A DNA stretch of 64,000 bases, from the NCBI GenBank assembly GCA_965206595.1, contig OZ242214.1, positions 3,296,001 to 3,360,000 of the forward strand, in the 5' to 3' direction. Made by a program: the position numbers and the translations under genes. Source of the stretch: Candidatus Latescibacterota bacterium. Lineage in GTDB: Bacteria > Latescibacterota > UBA2968 > UBA8231. The notes beneath the pieces were generated by a model that was not told where the DNA came from, did no database searches, and saw only the letters and a program-made list of their open reading frames with translations. Below, piece by piece: positions 20,501 to 29,477 of the stretch (positions are counted from its first letter, which is position 1; every line of letters begins with the position of its first letter).

Positions 20501-20681
20501 CGAGGCACGCTTTCTGATCCTGGAAACCAAGGGCTATGATCCGCTCGCCGAAGTGAAGTCGCAGGCGGCTCACCGGTGGGCCCAGGCGGTCAACGCCGAC
20601 GGTGGGTTCGGGTCTTGGCAGTACAGGCTGGTTTCGGACATTGGCAAGGTCGGTGAGACGGTCGGTAGGGCGGTGGGATAG
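17562..20681 (+). CDS. res: Type III restriction endonuclease subunit (Res)
   Basis: MATGTGKT, NDEAHH, LSATP, MLTEGWD, QVVGRGLR; C-terminal PD-(D/E)xK motif PDFIIR..LETKG. Confidence 0.88.
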   Translation: MNAHEVPEPILNSPFEEPTKHWWITEHEPPERRSGRRPAMYYYRRPGIEPSLDQQGVGTAIELKLVNRVRAKLAEWRPLALRGEGGVTRTTMELMRYWRQDGRKHRLFFAQIEAAETIIFLTEARPDFLQGIRVPLDEPGEEAQADGIRAFRRYACKMATGTGKTTVMGMLAAWSILNKVAARGDARYSDAVLIVCPNITIRNRLEELKPQAGGASLYRTRDLVPSHLMPHLTRGYVLVTNWHVFEPKTAQVAGQSAKVLRAGREVRTRERIRIGPKTTTARGLRYLTLEDLERQVATGLVEVSEEHRDSQGNLKSVSVESFRYVESDAKLIERVLGREIGGKRNLLVMNDEAHHAYRLRRSEPDVSEESLFGEADEDEEFFREATVWIDGLDRIHKHRDINLCVDLSATPYYLGRVGQDANRPFPWVVSDFGLVDAIESGLVKIPQLAVRDTTGSPIPGYFNIWRWILPKLTPAERGGRRGGVKPEAVLKYAHVPVAMLGGLWELLRQEWDRCETDSRPPVFILVCNNTALAKVIYRWLAEGEAPVGIPPARLDGLRNSDGNLYTIRVDSKVVRESDSGQAKSDEDRWMRLTLDTVGKTDWPRDGQGRPIYPEDFEVLAKKLERPLHPPGRDVRCIVSVGMLTEGWDCNTVTHIVGLRPFMSQLLCEQVVGRGLRRSSYAVGEDGKLGEEVAKIFGVPFEIVPLKENPQANGPVPPPKVWRIRAVPEKAHLEIQFPRVEGYTQGIRYRVKIDWENIAPLRLDPLDIPPEVEMKVGLPSNTGRPSLVGPGHLERVDLNPYRMNRRQQRLVFEMARDLTRDYRQQPGCEVPAHMLFTQLATIVDRYLKEKVVPVEPARDIDVFLSPWYGWLVERLIAAIQPDHSAGDEAMVPRYESGREPGSTAEVDFETRQEPYPVVKSHVNAVVPDTMQWEQSAAYRLDTHEHVHSFVKNAGLGFAIPYVHNGEQHEYLPDFIIRLKGDEARFLILETKGYDPLAEVKSQAAHRWAQAVNADGGFGSWQYRLVSDIGKVGETVGRAVG

Positions 20682-20979
20682 GAGATGCAGGTGCTGACGA
20701 GGACACTTGAAGCAGGAGGTGTCTTCCACTGGCTGGGGTTCGCATCGCCTTCGCCGTTTTTTCGCTGCTGGTTCCCAGGAAGACTTGGTACCGCTGGCAA
20801 TGAACACCGGGATAGCCAACTGGATGCATGCTGGGGTTCTCGAAGAGTTCGATGCAAACTCATCTGGTGAAGGTACGTTGCCCAGGAGATTTCCAGAAAG
20901 CTTAGCTTGCGTACCCTGCAGCCGACCATTAGAGCAAGGCCGTAAACGAACCACTTTCAAAAAAACCGGAGGGTCCCGA

Positions 20980-23178
20980 ATGAACCAAGTCAAGCTCGAG
21001 CTACGCAATTGCTACGGAATCCGCGAATTGACTCATGATTTCGACTTTTCCAATCGAAAAGCCTATGCAATATACGCGCCTAACGGTTCTATGAAGACAT
21101 CTTTCGCTCAGACTTTTCAAGACGTCGCAGACGGAAAACCGTCGATCGACAGAATCTTCCAATCACGCTCCACCGTCAGAACAATCACTGACGAAAACGA
21201 CACCGACCTATCATCCGAAAGCGTACTCGTTCTACCCCCATATGACGAATTTTTCGGACACAATGAAAAAACCTCCACACTTCTGCTGAACAACACCCTT
21301 CGCAGGGAATACGAAAGTCTACACGCGGATATAGATAGATCCAAATCGACCTTTTTGAAGGCAATGAAAAAGCAGTCTGGCTCAAGAAAACAGCTAGACC
21401 GTGAAATCGCGCTAGCCTTCACAAAGAGCGATGACGACGAGTCCTTTTTCCAAGCATTAGAACGAGTGAACACCGAGGTGAAGGAACAGCCGGACGCCCC
21501 GTTTGCGCATGTTAAATACGACATAATGTTTGAAGACAGGATAGTGGAAGCTCTAAAGACTCCTGCCTTGTCGGGTGCAATCCAGGATTACATTCTCAGG
21601 TATAACGAGTTGCTAGATACTTCAACCTATTTCAAAAGGGGGGTTTTTGAATACTACAATGCCGGCCAAGTAGCGAAAAACCTTGCGTCCAACGGCTTCT
21701 TTGAGGCCAAACACAGCTTAACACTACATGCCAACACCAAAACAGAAATCACAACCCAGACTGAACTGGAAACTCTTGTTTCGCAGGAACTCGACGAAAT
21801 AACAAACGATCCCAAATTAAAAGACAATTTTGAACAAATTAAAAAGCAGTTAGAAAAGCATGCGAAACTAAGAGAATTCCAGAAATATCTTTGCAACGAC
21901 GAGCTGCTTCTACCGCATTTGGAAAATGTGGACCTATTTAAGGAAAAAATCTGGAAATCTTATTTCAAGGCAAAAGAGACTCTGTATGAAGATCTTCTTT
22001 CGGTGTATAGGGATGGCAAAGAAAAACTGAAGTCGATTGAAAATACAGCGCGAGGCGAGAGCACACACTGGGAAGCCGCAATAGACCTGTTCAACGACCG
22101 ATTTATTGTACCGTTCAAACTTGAAGCAAAGAACAAAGCGGCGGTCGTCTTTGGCCACGATCCGATGCTCGACCTTGGTTATACCTTCAGCGAGGGCGGC
22201 GAATCCGCGCCTCTAAAGCGGGAAGAACTGATGAAGTCTCTCAGCCAGGGGGAGAAAAAAGCTCTTTACATCCTAAATATCATTTTCGAAATCGAAGTTC
22301 GGAGGCACACCCAACAGCAGACACTCTTCGTTGTGGATGACATAGCCGACTCGTTTGACTACAAGAATAAGTACGCGATTATTCAATATCTACAGGATGT
22401 TTCCGATGATCCTCTTTTCAAGCAGATTATATTAACGCATAATTTTGACTTTTTTCGGACTATTCACAGTCGGTTTATTGGCTATCCAGGTTGCCTCATG
22501 GCGACTAAAAGCGATACAAAGATCGAACTTTCCCAGGCATTTGGGATCCGGAATCCGTTTCTTTTGGACTGGAAGGCCGCATTTTTTATTGACAAAAAGA
22601 AGAGGGTTGCATCGATTTCATTTATGCGAAATCTAATTGAGCACCTCCACGGACATCAGGATCCTAACTACGCACAGCTGACTTCACTCCTGCATTGGCA
22701 ACCTGGGTCCTCAGACAAAATTATCCAGAGCCAACTAGATACCGTTTATAAGTCCCTCTTTGGTGAAGCGACTGAACAGTTTTCCGAAGAGGAAGAACTC
22801 GTGGTAGACATGATTCTGGACGAAGCCAATGATTGCCTAAACACTGATCAAGGAGTCAATTTTGAACACAAAATCGTTCTCTCTATCGCCATAAGAATAA
22901 CTGCCGAGCGATTTATGGTCGATAAGATAGCGGATCCTGCCTTTCTGGCCACAATTTCCTCTAACCAAACGCCAAAGCTGGTCAAAAAATTCATGGGCCG
23001 GTTCAGCAAAGAAACCACCGCAATTAAGGTGCTGAACAGAGTTGCACTGATGACCCCGGAGAACATTCATCTTAATGCCTTTATGTACGAACCGATTCTT
23101 GATATGTCGGACGACTCGCTAAAGGCCCTATTTATCGACGTTTCTGATCTTGCAAATCTGAAAGATCGGGTCGATTGA
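20980..23178 (+). CDS. RloC/PrrC-like coiled-coil ABC ATPase with an unassigned C-terminal domain
   Basis: YAPNGSMKTS, long helical insert, LSQGEKKA, VVDDIADSFD, LTHNFDFF; GGAGG upstream of ATG 20980; AT-rich. Confidence 0.7.
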   Translation: MNQVKLELRNCYGIRELTHDFDFSNRKAYAIYAPNGSMKTSFAQTFQDVADGKPSIDRIFQSRSTVRTITDENDTDLSSESVLVLPPYDEFFGHNEKTSTLLLNNTLRREYESLHADIDRSKSTFLKAMKKQSGSRKQLDREIALAFTKSDDDESFFQALERVNTEVKEQPDAPFAHVKYDIMFEDRIVEALKTPALSGAIQDYILRYNELLDTSTYFKRGVFEYYNAGQVAKNLASNGFFEAKHSLTLHANTKTEITTQTELETLVSQELDEITNDPKLKDNFEQIKKQLEKHAKLREFQKYLCNDELLLPHLENVDLFKEKIWKSYFKAKETLYEDLLSVYRDGKEKLKSIENTARGESTHWEAAIDLFNDRFIVPFKLEAKNKAAVVFGHDPMLDLGYTFSEGGESAPLKREELMKSLSQGEKKALYILNIIFEIEVRRHTQQQTLFVVDDIADSFDYKNKYAIIQYLQDVSDDPLFKQIILTHNFDFFRTIHSRFIGYPGCLMATKSDTKIELSQAFGIRNPFLLDWKAAFFIDKKKRVASISFMRNLIEHLHGHQDPNYAQLTSLLHWQPGSSDKIIQSQLDTVYKSLFGEATEQFSEEEELVVDMILDEANDCLNTDQGVNFEHKIVLSIAIRITAERFMVDKIADPAFLATISSNQTPKLVKKFMGRFSKETTAIKVLNRVALMTPENIHLNAFMYEPILDMSDDSLKALFIDVSDLANLKDRVD

Positions 23179-23184
23179 TCCACG

Positions 23185-23538
23185 ATGCCGGCGAAAACAC
23201 CCGTGACCGACGAACTCATCGACGGGATGGTGAGAGCCCTCGTGAACGAGGTGAACCCCGAACAGGTGATCCTGTTCGGATCTCGGGCCCGCGGAGACGA
23301 GCGCGAGGACTCCGACATCGACTTGATCGTCGTGGAAACGGAGCCCTTCGGTCCGGACCGGAGCCGGCACAAGGAACTGTCGAGGCTGTATCGAGCACTG
23401 GCCGGGTTTCGCGTCGCCGCCGAGGTTCTGGTCTATTCCCGGGAGGATGTGGACTATTGGCGGGACTCGCTCAACCACGTCCTGGCGCGAGGGCTGCGCG
23501 AAGGGAAGGTTCTCTATGACCGGAACGCGCGACCTTAA
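23185..23538 (+). CDS. Minimal nucleotidyltransferase (MNT) antitoxin
   Basis: LFGSRARGD..DSDIDL motif; overlaps the HEPN gene. Confidence 0.85.
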   Translation: MPAKTPVTDELIDGMVRALVNEVNPEQVILFGSRARGDEREDSDIDLIVVETEPFGPDRSRHKELSRLYRALAGFRVAAEVLVYSREDVDYWRDSLNHVLARGLREGKVLYDRNARP

Positions 23539-23917
23539 GTGTGCCACGGCGCTTTTTGCCGCCGCTGATCGCGACCTGATGACCGTGCGCAGCATGACCG
23601 CGGACGCTCCGATCGAGTCCATTGGGTTTCACCTGCAGCAGGCCGCCGAGATGGCCCTGAAGGCCTGGTTGGCGGCTCTCGGCGAAACGTACCCCCTGAC
23701 TCACAACCTCGGTACGTTGCTCGGTCTTCTTTCTGATCGCGGCGTTGCCGTAGAGCTGTTTGAGGAGTTGGCGGATCTCACACCGTATGCCGTGGAGTTC
23801 CGGTACGAAGCGGCGCCGGACGATGCCGATGGCATTGAATTGGACGACGCGTCAGCACTCGTTCAGGCGTTGCTATCTGAGGTTCGTTGCCTGCTGGGCG
23901 TATCCGGGCAGGATTGA
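23516..23917 (+). CDS. HEPN domain protein, partner of the MNT
   Basis: FHLQQAAEMALKA, THNL, YAVEFRY. Confidence 0.85.
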   Translation: MTGTRDLKCATALFAAADRDLMTVRSMTADAPIESIGFHLQQAAEMALKAWLAALGETYPLTHNLGTLLGLLSDRGVAVELFEELADLTPYAVEFRYEAAPDDADGIELDDASALVQALLSEVRCLLGVSGQD

Positions 23918-24074
23918 GGCGTACAGCCGGCGCCGTTACAGCGCGTTGCATGGAAGCCCTGGAGGGAGGGATCCTTTCATGGCGGAAAATCCTTCCCAAC
24001 AGCATCGTCCCGATCTCTGCCAGCGGCTTGACGCTTACCGGTCGCATCATCTGTGGAAAGACGACCAATGCCTT

Positions 24075-24455
24075 TCAATCCAGGACCGTCGCGTCCAAGG
24101 CAGCATGCGGTTCTACCTCTTGCTCTATTTGGAGACGTATCGTGCGCTCCGCGATATCGAGATCGTAACGCGTCTGAAGATTGATCCAGAACTCAGGCGT
24201 CATGCCGAAATAGCGACCAAGGCGGAGCGCGGTATCTGTTGTGACGCCACGGCGTCCGAGCACGATATCGTTCAGTCTCGGACGCGAAACCTTGATCGCC
24301 CGGGCAAGCCGGTACACGCTGATCCCCATCGGAGTCAGGAATTCATCGCGCAGAATCTCGCCGGGATGCACCGGCGGCAGCCGTCGCCCGGAGGCCACAT
24401 CCGAGAAATCAACCTCTCGCCTGTCAAGCTCTTCCCGTTTTATGGTCATACTCAT
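24075..24455 (-). CDS. higA: HigA family antitoxin (HTH)
   Basis: PVHPGEILRDEFL, ALRLGRYFGMTPEFWINLQ. Confidence 0.9.
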   Translation of the reverse strand: MSMTIKREELDRREVDFSDVASGRRLPPVHPGEILRDEFLTPMGISVYRLARAIKVSRPRLNDIVLGRRGVTTDTALRLGRYFGMTPEFWINLQTRYDLDIAERTIRLQIEQEVEPHAALDATVLD

Positions 24456-24463
24456 TTGCCTCC

Positions 24464-24740
24464 TCAGTGGTAGTCAACGATCTCGACCCCCCATGCTTCT
24501 CCATCGCGCCAGACGAAGCAGATTCGCCATCGGTCATTGACTCGAATACTGTGCTGACCTCGGCGGTCCCCCCGTAAAGCTTCGAGACGATTGCCCGGGG
24601 GTGCGTGCAGATCGCCAAGCCGGCCGGCTGCGTCAATCGCCAGCAGCTTCGCCCGCGCTCGTTGCTGGAGCTCTGTGGGCATGCCGCGAACAGCATGGCC
24701 GGCGAAGATCGCCGCAGTGCGCTTGTTCGCAAGGCCCTCG
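24464..24740 (-). pseudogene. higB: HigB/RelE killer-type toxin, apparently lacking its normal start
   Basis: PPGNRLEALRGDRRGQHSIRVNDRWRICF..VEIVDYH; no start codon just before ANKRTAAIFAG, where M-I-x-S-F is expected. 5' boundary approximate. Confidence 0.65.
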
Positions 24741-24999
24741 TTGGTCCCGGAGGTTTGACGGCCAGGGGCCGTGGACTCTGAAGTATGATCGTCCCTCCTT
24801 GACGACCTCATATACTAATCAGTGGGAGGCTTACCAGTCCGCCGCCAGTGTCTGGGAGGGGGTGTTGCCGGCAGTGGGGGACTGCGTTGCCCAGCCCCCA
24901 TCCACCGCTCCGGCAGCGCCCATCGGGTGAACGGGCGCTTTCTCCGGGAACGGTCAGCTCTGGCGAAGAAGATTCCAGGAAGAAAGGGGAGGCAAGCAA

Positions 25000-25821
25000 A
25001 TGGTTGCTGAACAGAACGATATAAAGGAACAGGTCAGGGAACGGTATGGAGCCCACGCCCGGCGGGCCATCGAGCCCGGTCCCGTCGTGGAGGGTGGAGT
25101 CGACAACCAGGCCGGAGGGAGCTGCTGCGAACCTGCCGCCTCTTCCTGCTGCGCGCCGGAGGACCCGGAACATGCCATGCGGCTGTACACCGAGGGGCAG
25201 ATGGACGGCCTGCCCATCGAATCGCTGGCAGCCTCCGCGGGATGCGGCAACCCGACGGCCCTGGCCGGACTCCAGCCCGGGGAGAGGGTGCTGGACCTGG
25301 GTTCCGGCGGCGGCATCGACTGCTTCCTGGCGGCGCAGCAGGTCGGCGAAACCGGGCGCGTTACGGGGCTGGACATGACCCCGGAGATGCTGGAGCTGGC
25401 CCGCAGGAACCAGGCTGCCCTCGGTGTCGCCAATGTCGAGTTCGTCAAGGGGGAGATGGAGTCCATGCCCCTGCCGAGCGACTCCTTCGACGTCATCATC
25501 TCCAACTGCGTCATCTGCCTGTCGCCCGACAAGGATGCCGTGTTCAGCGAGAGCTTCCGGGTCCTTGCCCCCGGCGGACGCATCCACCTGTCCGACCTGC
25601 TTGCCCTGACGCCCGAAGGCCCGGCGGCCACCGATGCCGAGGCATGGGTGGCCTGCGCCGCGGGCACGGAGTACCGCGATGCCTACGTCGACCGCCTGCG
25701 CCGCGCCGGTTTCGAGGAGATCGAAATCAGCGGTGAAGGCGTCGAATTCCGGGACGAATCGGAAAAGGGCGTCTACGCCAATACGGCCAACTGCAAGGTG
25801 ACGGCGCGGAAGCCTGCCTGA
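25000..25821 (+). CDS. arsM: Arsenite S-adenosylmethionine methyltransferase
   Basis: N-terminal CC pairs, [35 protein letters not shown]. Confidence 0.85.
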   Translation: MVAEQNDIKEQVRERYGAHARRAIEPGPVVEGGVDNQAGGSCCEPAASSCCAPEDPEHAMRLYTEGQMDGLPIESLAASAGCGNPTALAGLQPGERVLDLGSGGGIDCFLAAQQVGETGRVTGLDMTPEMLELARRNQAALGVANVEFVKGEMESMPLPSDSFDVIISNCVICLSPDKDAVFSESFRVLAPGGRIHLSDLLALTPEGPAATDAEAWVACAAGTEYRDAYVDRLRRAGFEEIEISGEGVEFRDESEKGVYANTANCKVTARKPA

Positions 25822-26089
25822 GGTTCGGCAGATTCGCCTCGTTGCAGTAGACCGGCTCGCCCCCTTCATCAACACCAGCGCGATCCCCTTCGGGCCTTCT
25901 CCCAAGAGGCAGCCGGTTGCCCCCGCTCCGGGGTCAGGTGTTCCTGGAACGGCCTCCCTTCTCCACGCGGCGTCCATTTGTGGACGCCTGTCGTCCATCG
26001 ATGGACGATCACCTCCGTGCTAAAATCCTTAACCAATTGTTTTTACTGCACTTTGATTCTGGCACGCTACTTGCGCAACGATCCCCATC

Positions 26090-27346
26090 ATGGACATGGA
26101 CCGGCCACTTACAGACGAACAGATCTGGAGAAGACGAGCGCGAAGGGCGGCTCCGGTGATCGGATTCTCCCTTGCCGCAGGCCTGGCCGCGGCGGTTCTC
26201 CCGGGTTGGGTCGCCCCGAGTCTCGAACGCCGCAATCTCCTGATTTCCACGGTGGACACAGGCCCCGTGGAGGCGGGTATAAGCGGTGCCGGAGTCATCG
26301 AGCCTTTGACGGAGCACGTTCTCTTTTCTCCCGTCGATGCCGCGGTACGCGGGATTCTGCGACAGCCTGGCGACCCGGTTGCCCCGCGGGAGGTGGTTTT
26401 TCACCTCGACGTCAGTCGCTTGCGGCGGGATCTGGAGCAACGGCAGGGTGAAATCGACCTGCTCGCCAATCGCAGGACCCAGACCGGGACCGAACATCAA
26501 CAGCAGATGGACGATTTGCAGATGAAGCTGCGCATGACACGGCTGTCGGCGGATGCTCTGGCGGTCAAGGCCCGGCAGACCCGCGAAATGCTGGAGTTCG
26601 GGGGCGTATCGAAAAACGCACTCGGCGAAATCGAGCTCGACCGGAAACGGGTTTCACTGGAACTGGAACAGCTGCAACGCCAGCAGACCCGGCTGCGCGC
26701 AGCCTTCATCAGCCGGCTCGAAGCGATCGAGCTGGAGTCGGCGGCGCTGCAGCTCAAGGTCGACCAGCTCCGGGAGGACCTGGCCTACGGCTCACTGCGC
26801 AGCTCGGTAAACGGTATCGTCACCCGGATCGGTGTCGAGGTGGGGGCAACGGTTCGGAAGGGCTCGGAGATTGCTCGCATCGCCGATCTGAGCGCCTACA
26901 GGGCGGACGTCGTCGTTCCTGATATCCACGCCGATCTCCTCGCGCCGCAGATGCCGGTCCGCCTGGTGCTGTCCGATAATCGGGAACTGAGCGGCTGGAT
27001 CGAGCACGTCTTCCCCACCTCCGAGTCGAGCGCCGTACATCTTGATGTCCGCCTGAAGGAACCTTCCCATGGCGCCCTGCGGCCGAAGATGCGGGTGGAG
27101 GCCTGGATCGTCACGGAACGCCGGGCGCAGGTGCCTCGCCTGCCCAAGGGACCGATCCCCCGCGACGAACTGGGGGTGCGCCAGGCGTTCGTCCTGCGCG
27201 GGGAAAGCGCGGTCAGGACGCCGGTCAAGCTCGGCCTGATCGGTCGCAGCTATTTCGAGGTGGCAGCGGGACTTTCTGTCGGAGACGAAGTGTTGGCCAT
27301 CGACACCCAGCGGTTCCTGCAACGGGATCGAATAGCGATCGAATAA
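26090..27346 (+). CDS. Efflux periplasmic adaptor subunit (MacA/HlyD-like)
   Basis: N-terminal TM helix, lipoyl halves around a coiled coil, GLSVGDEV; upstream of an ABC ATPase. Confidence 0.8.
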   Translation: MDMDRPLTDEQIWRRRARRAAPVIGFSLAAGLAAAVLPGWVAPSLERRNLLISTVDTGPVEAGISGAGVIEPLTEHVLFSPVDAAVRGILRQPGDPVAPREVVFHLDVSRLRRDLEQRQGEIDLLANRRTQTGTEHQQQMDDLQMKLRMTRLSADALAVKARQTREMLEFGGVSKNALGEIELDRKRVSLELEQLQRQQTRLRAAFISRLEAIELESAALQLKVDQLREDLAYGSLRSSVNGIVTRIGVEVGATVRKGSEIARIADLSAYRADVVVPDIHADLLAPQMPVRLVLSDNRELSGWIEHVFPTSESSAVHLDVRLKEPSHGALRPKMRVEAWIVTERRAQVPRLPKGPIPRDELGVRQAFVLRGESAVRTPVKLGLIGRSYFEVAAGLSVGDEVLAIDTQRFLQRDRIAIE

Positions 27347-27360
27347 GGAGGGATGCGAGT

Positions 27361-28025
27361 ATGATCAGCCTGGTTGACGTGGAAAAGGTGTACCGGACCG
27401 ACCGCATCGAGACCCTGGCCCTGTCCGGAATAAACCTCGAGGTCGGATCGGGGGAGTTCGTTTCCGTGATGGGGCCGTGGGGTGCGGAAAGAGCACCCTG
27501 TTGAACCTGATGGGGCTGTTGGATGCCCCGACCAGCGGCGAGGTGGCCCTCGGCGGGAAGAGGATAGCCGCTTACAAGGACCGGCTGGTGGCGCGCATCC
27601 GCAACGAACGGGTCGGTTTCATCTTTCAGTCGTTCCACCTGATCCCCGACCTCAACGTGCTGGACAACGTCGAAATTCCGCTGCTCTACCGGAGGGGATC
27701 TCCGGCCGCGAGCGGCGCGCCCTGGTCGGGGAGGCCGTGGAGCGGGTGGGTCTCGCCTCCAGAAGCCGCCATTTCCCGGCGCAGCTTTCCGGGGGCCAGC
27801 AGCAGCGGATCGCCATCGCCCGCGCCATCGTCGGCAAGCCCGACCTCATCCTCGCCGACGAGCCCACCGGCAATCTCGACAAGCCGCATGGGGGATGAGG
27901 TGATGCAGATCCTGATCGACCTCAACGCTGGCGGAACCACCATCGTGATGGTGACCCACTCCGAGCCGCTGGCCGGGCGCACCCAGCGCATCCTCCGTCT
28001 TTTCGACGGCCGGCTGGTCAACTGA
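27361..28025 (+). pseudogene. MacB/LolD-type ABC ATP-binding protein, frameshifted
   Basis: [23 protein letters not shown] and VMVTH are spread over different frames; no intact permease follows. Confidence 0.8.
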
Positions 28026-28218
28026 TGGGGCCGATCTGAGAGGAGCGAACCATGTGGAAGAACTTGCATCGTTATATCGTTATAGAGAATTGGGGCTGCT
28101 GACCCCGGAAGCGGAACATCACTGTCGCGCCGAGGAACTCCAGTCAGCGCGTTAACGCTTCCTCGATGACCGACAAACCTCGGGTCGGTTTTGTTTGTAG
28201 CGTTTTTACCAGTGCCTG

Positions 28219-28860
28219 CTACTCGGAAGGAAAGGGCAATGCAGCGGGTGCGGAACTCGCGAAGACCGAACGCGGCAGCTCGTCGAAGACAGCCACACCG
28301 GTGTGCCGACGCTCGCCGCGGCCGTCGGAAAGCAGAATGGATCCGTGGCGCTGCCAGTCGGTCCAGGGGCCGGTAAAGCGCGGTTCGGTGTCGGCCGCTT
28401 CGCTGTAGAACGCCCATTGGGTCACCAGCCGCGATTCTTGATCGATCCAGACCGCGTATTTGTTCTGCGGGGTGACCCCGACATCTTTGAACGTGAGCTC
28501 CAGAACTTCAGCTGGCCGGCCGTCCTGGGTGGCTTCCGGTCCGCGGTACGAGTCGTTTATCCAGGCGCGGTAGCCCTGCTCGAGCCGGGCCGTCACCGTG
28601 TCGGGATCGCTGATTTCCACACCGGCGGCGAAGGCGCGGCCCTTCCGGCTGTGGATGTTCATCAGCACCGTCAGGTCCCCCTGCTCGAAGCGGATGTCCC
28701 TGGTCCACTTGTCCCACACATGCAGGCGGAAACCGAAGAAGCGCCAAGTGATGTAGCGGGTGGCATCCCAGTTGGCGCGGCCTCCAAGCGCGGCCATGAC
28801 TTCGTCCGCCAGGGCGATGGCCTCGGGGTCGGAACCGGCAGCGTCGAATCCGGGGGCCGA
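28219..28860 (-). pseudogene. Conserved hypothetical protein, 5'-truncated
   Basis: Frame reads GFDAAGSDPEAIALADEVMAALGGRANWDATRYITWRFFG and joins the A-T-R fragment abruptly near 28860. Confidence 0.55.
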
Positions 28861-29213
28861 AGGATCGCGGGTGAGTACGGTTCGAGGGGGACGTAGGGGA
28901 GCCCCGCCTGAAGACAGGCGAAGTAGGTGACGACCTTCTCGGCGTTGTTCTCCAGCAGAACGCCCACACCCTGCTACAGGGGTCGGCCCCGGGAGCGCTG
29001 CTGCAGGGCGGTCGCGCGTGCCTCGACCGCGGCAGTCAATTCACCGCAGGTCAGGTAGCCGTTCTCGTCGACGAGGATGGCCCTGTCCGGGGTCCGGGCG
29101 GCCTGCCGCGCGAAGGCGGCGTCGATGCACTCAGTGGCGGGGCTCCCCTTGGGGCGCGACCGACGAATGCGCTGGTACCAGGGGAGAGCCGTGCTTGAGA
29201 GGTTTGGTGGCAT
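28861..29213 (-). pseudogene. Diverged second copy of the 5' end of the A-T-R gene
   Basis: MPPNLSSTALPWYQRIR..ECIDAAFARQA..*QGVGVLLENNAEKVVTYFACLQAGLPYVPL aligns with the N-terminus of 9798-12824; in-frame TAG at 28974-28976. Confidence 0.85.
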
Positions 29214-29477
29214 ATTAGGAGGGCCGGGTTCAATCGAGTAGGGAACGATGTGTGGGAGGCTTGGGTATCCTGCTGTTGCCCGCGAAAGCCATTGACACTA
29301 ATGTCAGGAAGGGACCCTAACCAAGACCAAGGGAGATGCAACAAAGGACATCTACTCCTACGCCAGTGTCGTCTTCCCTGGGTGATTCACCATCCCCATT
29401 TTAGGCAGTCAAATATGTCGCCTTGGCATTCAGCCAGCGCCGGAACCGCAGCTCTCCCTGCGGACAAGAAGAGCGTC

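Noticed and set aside
20707-20979. 91-aa N-terminal extension of the RloC-like ORF
   Set aside because: It has a TTG start with no supporting motif, while the RBS and ATPase beta-strand pattern point to ATG 20980.
28974-28976. In-frame TAG in the A-T-R copy as pyrrolysine or readthrough
   Set aside because: The gene is also truncated about 38 codons later, and no pyl genes are in the window. Simple pseudogenisation explains it.
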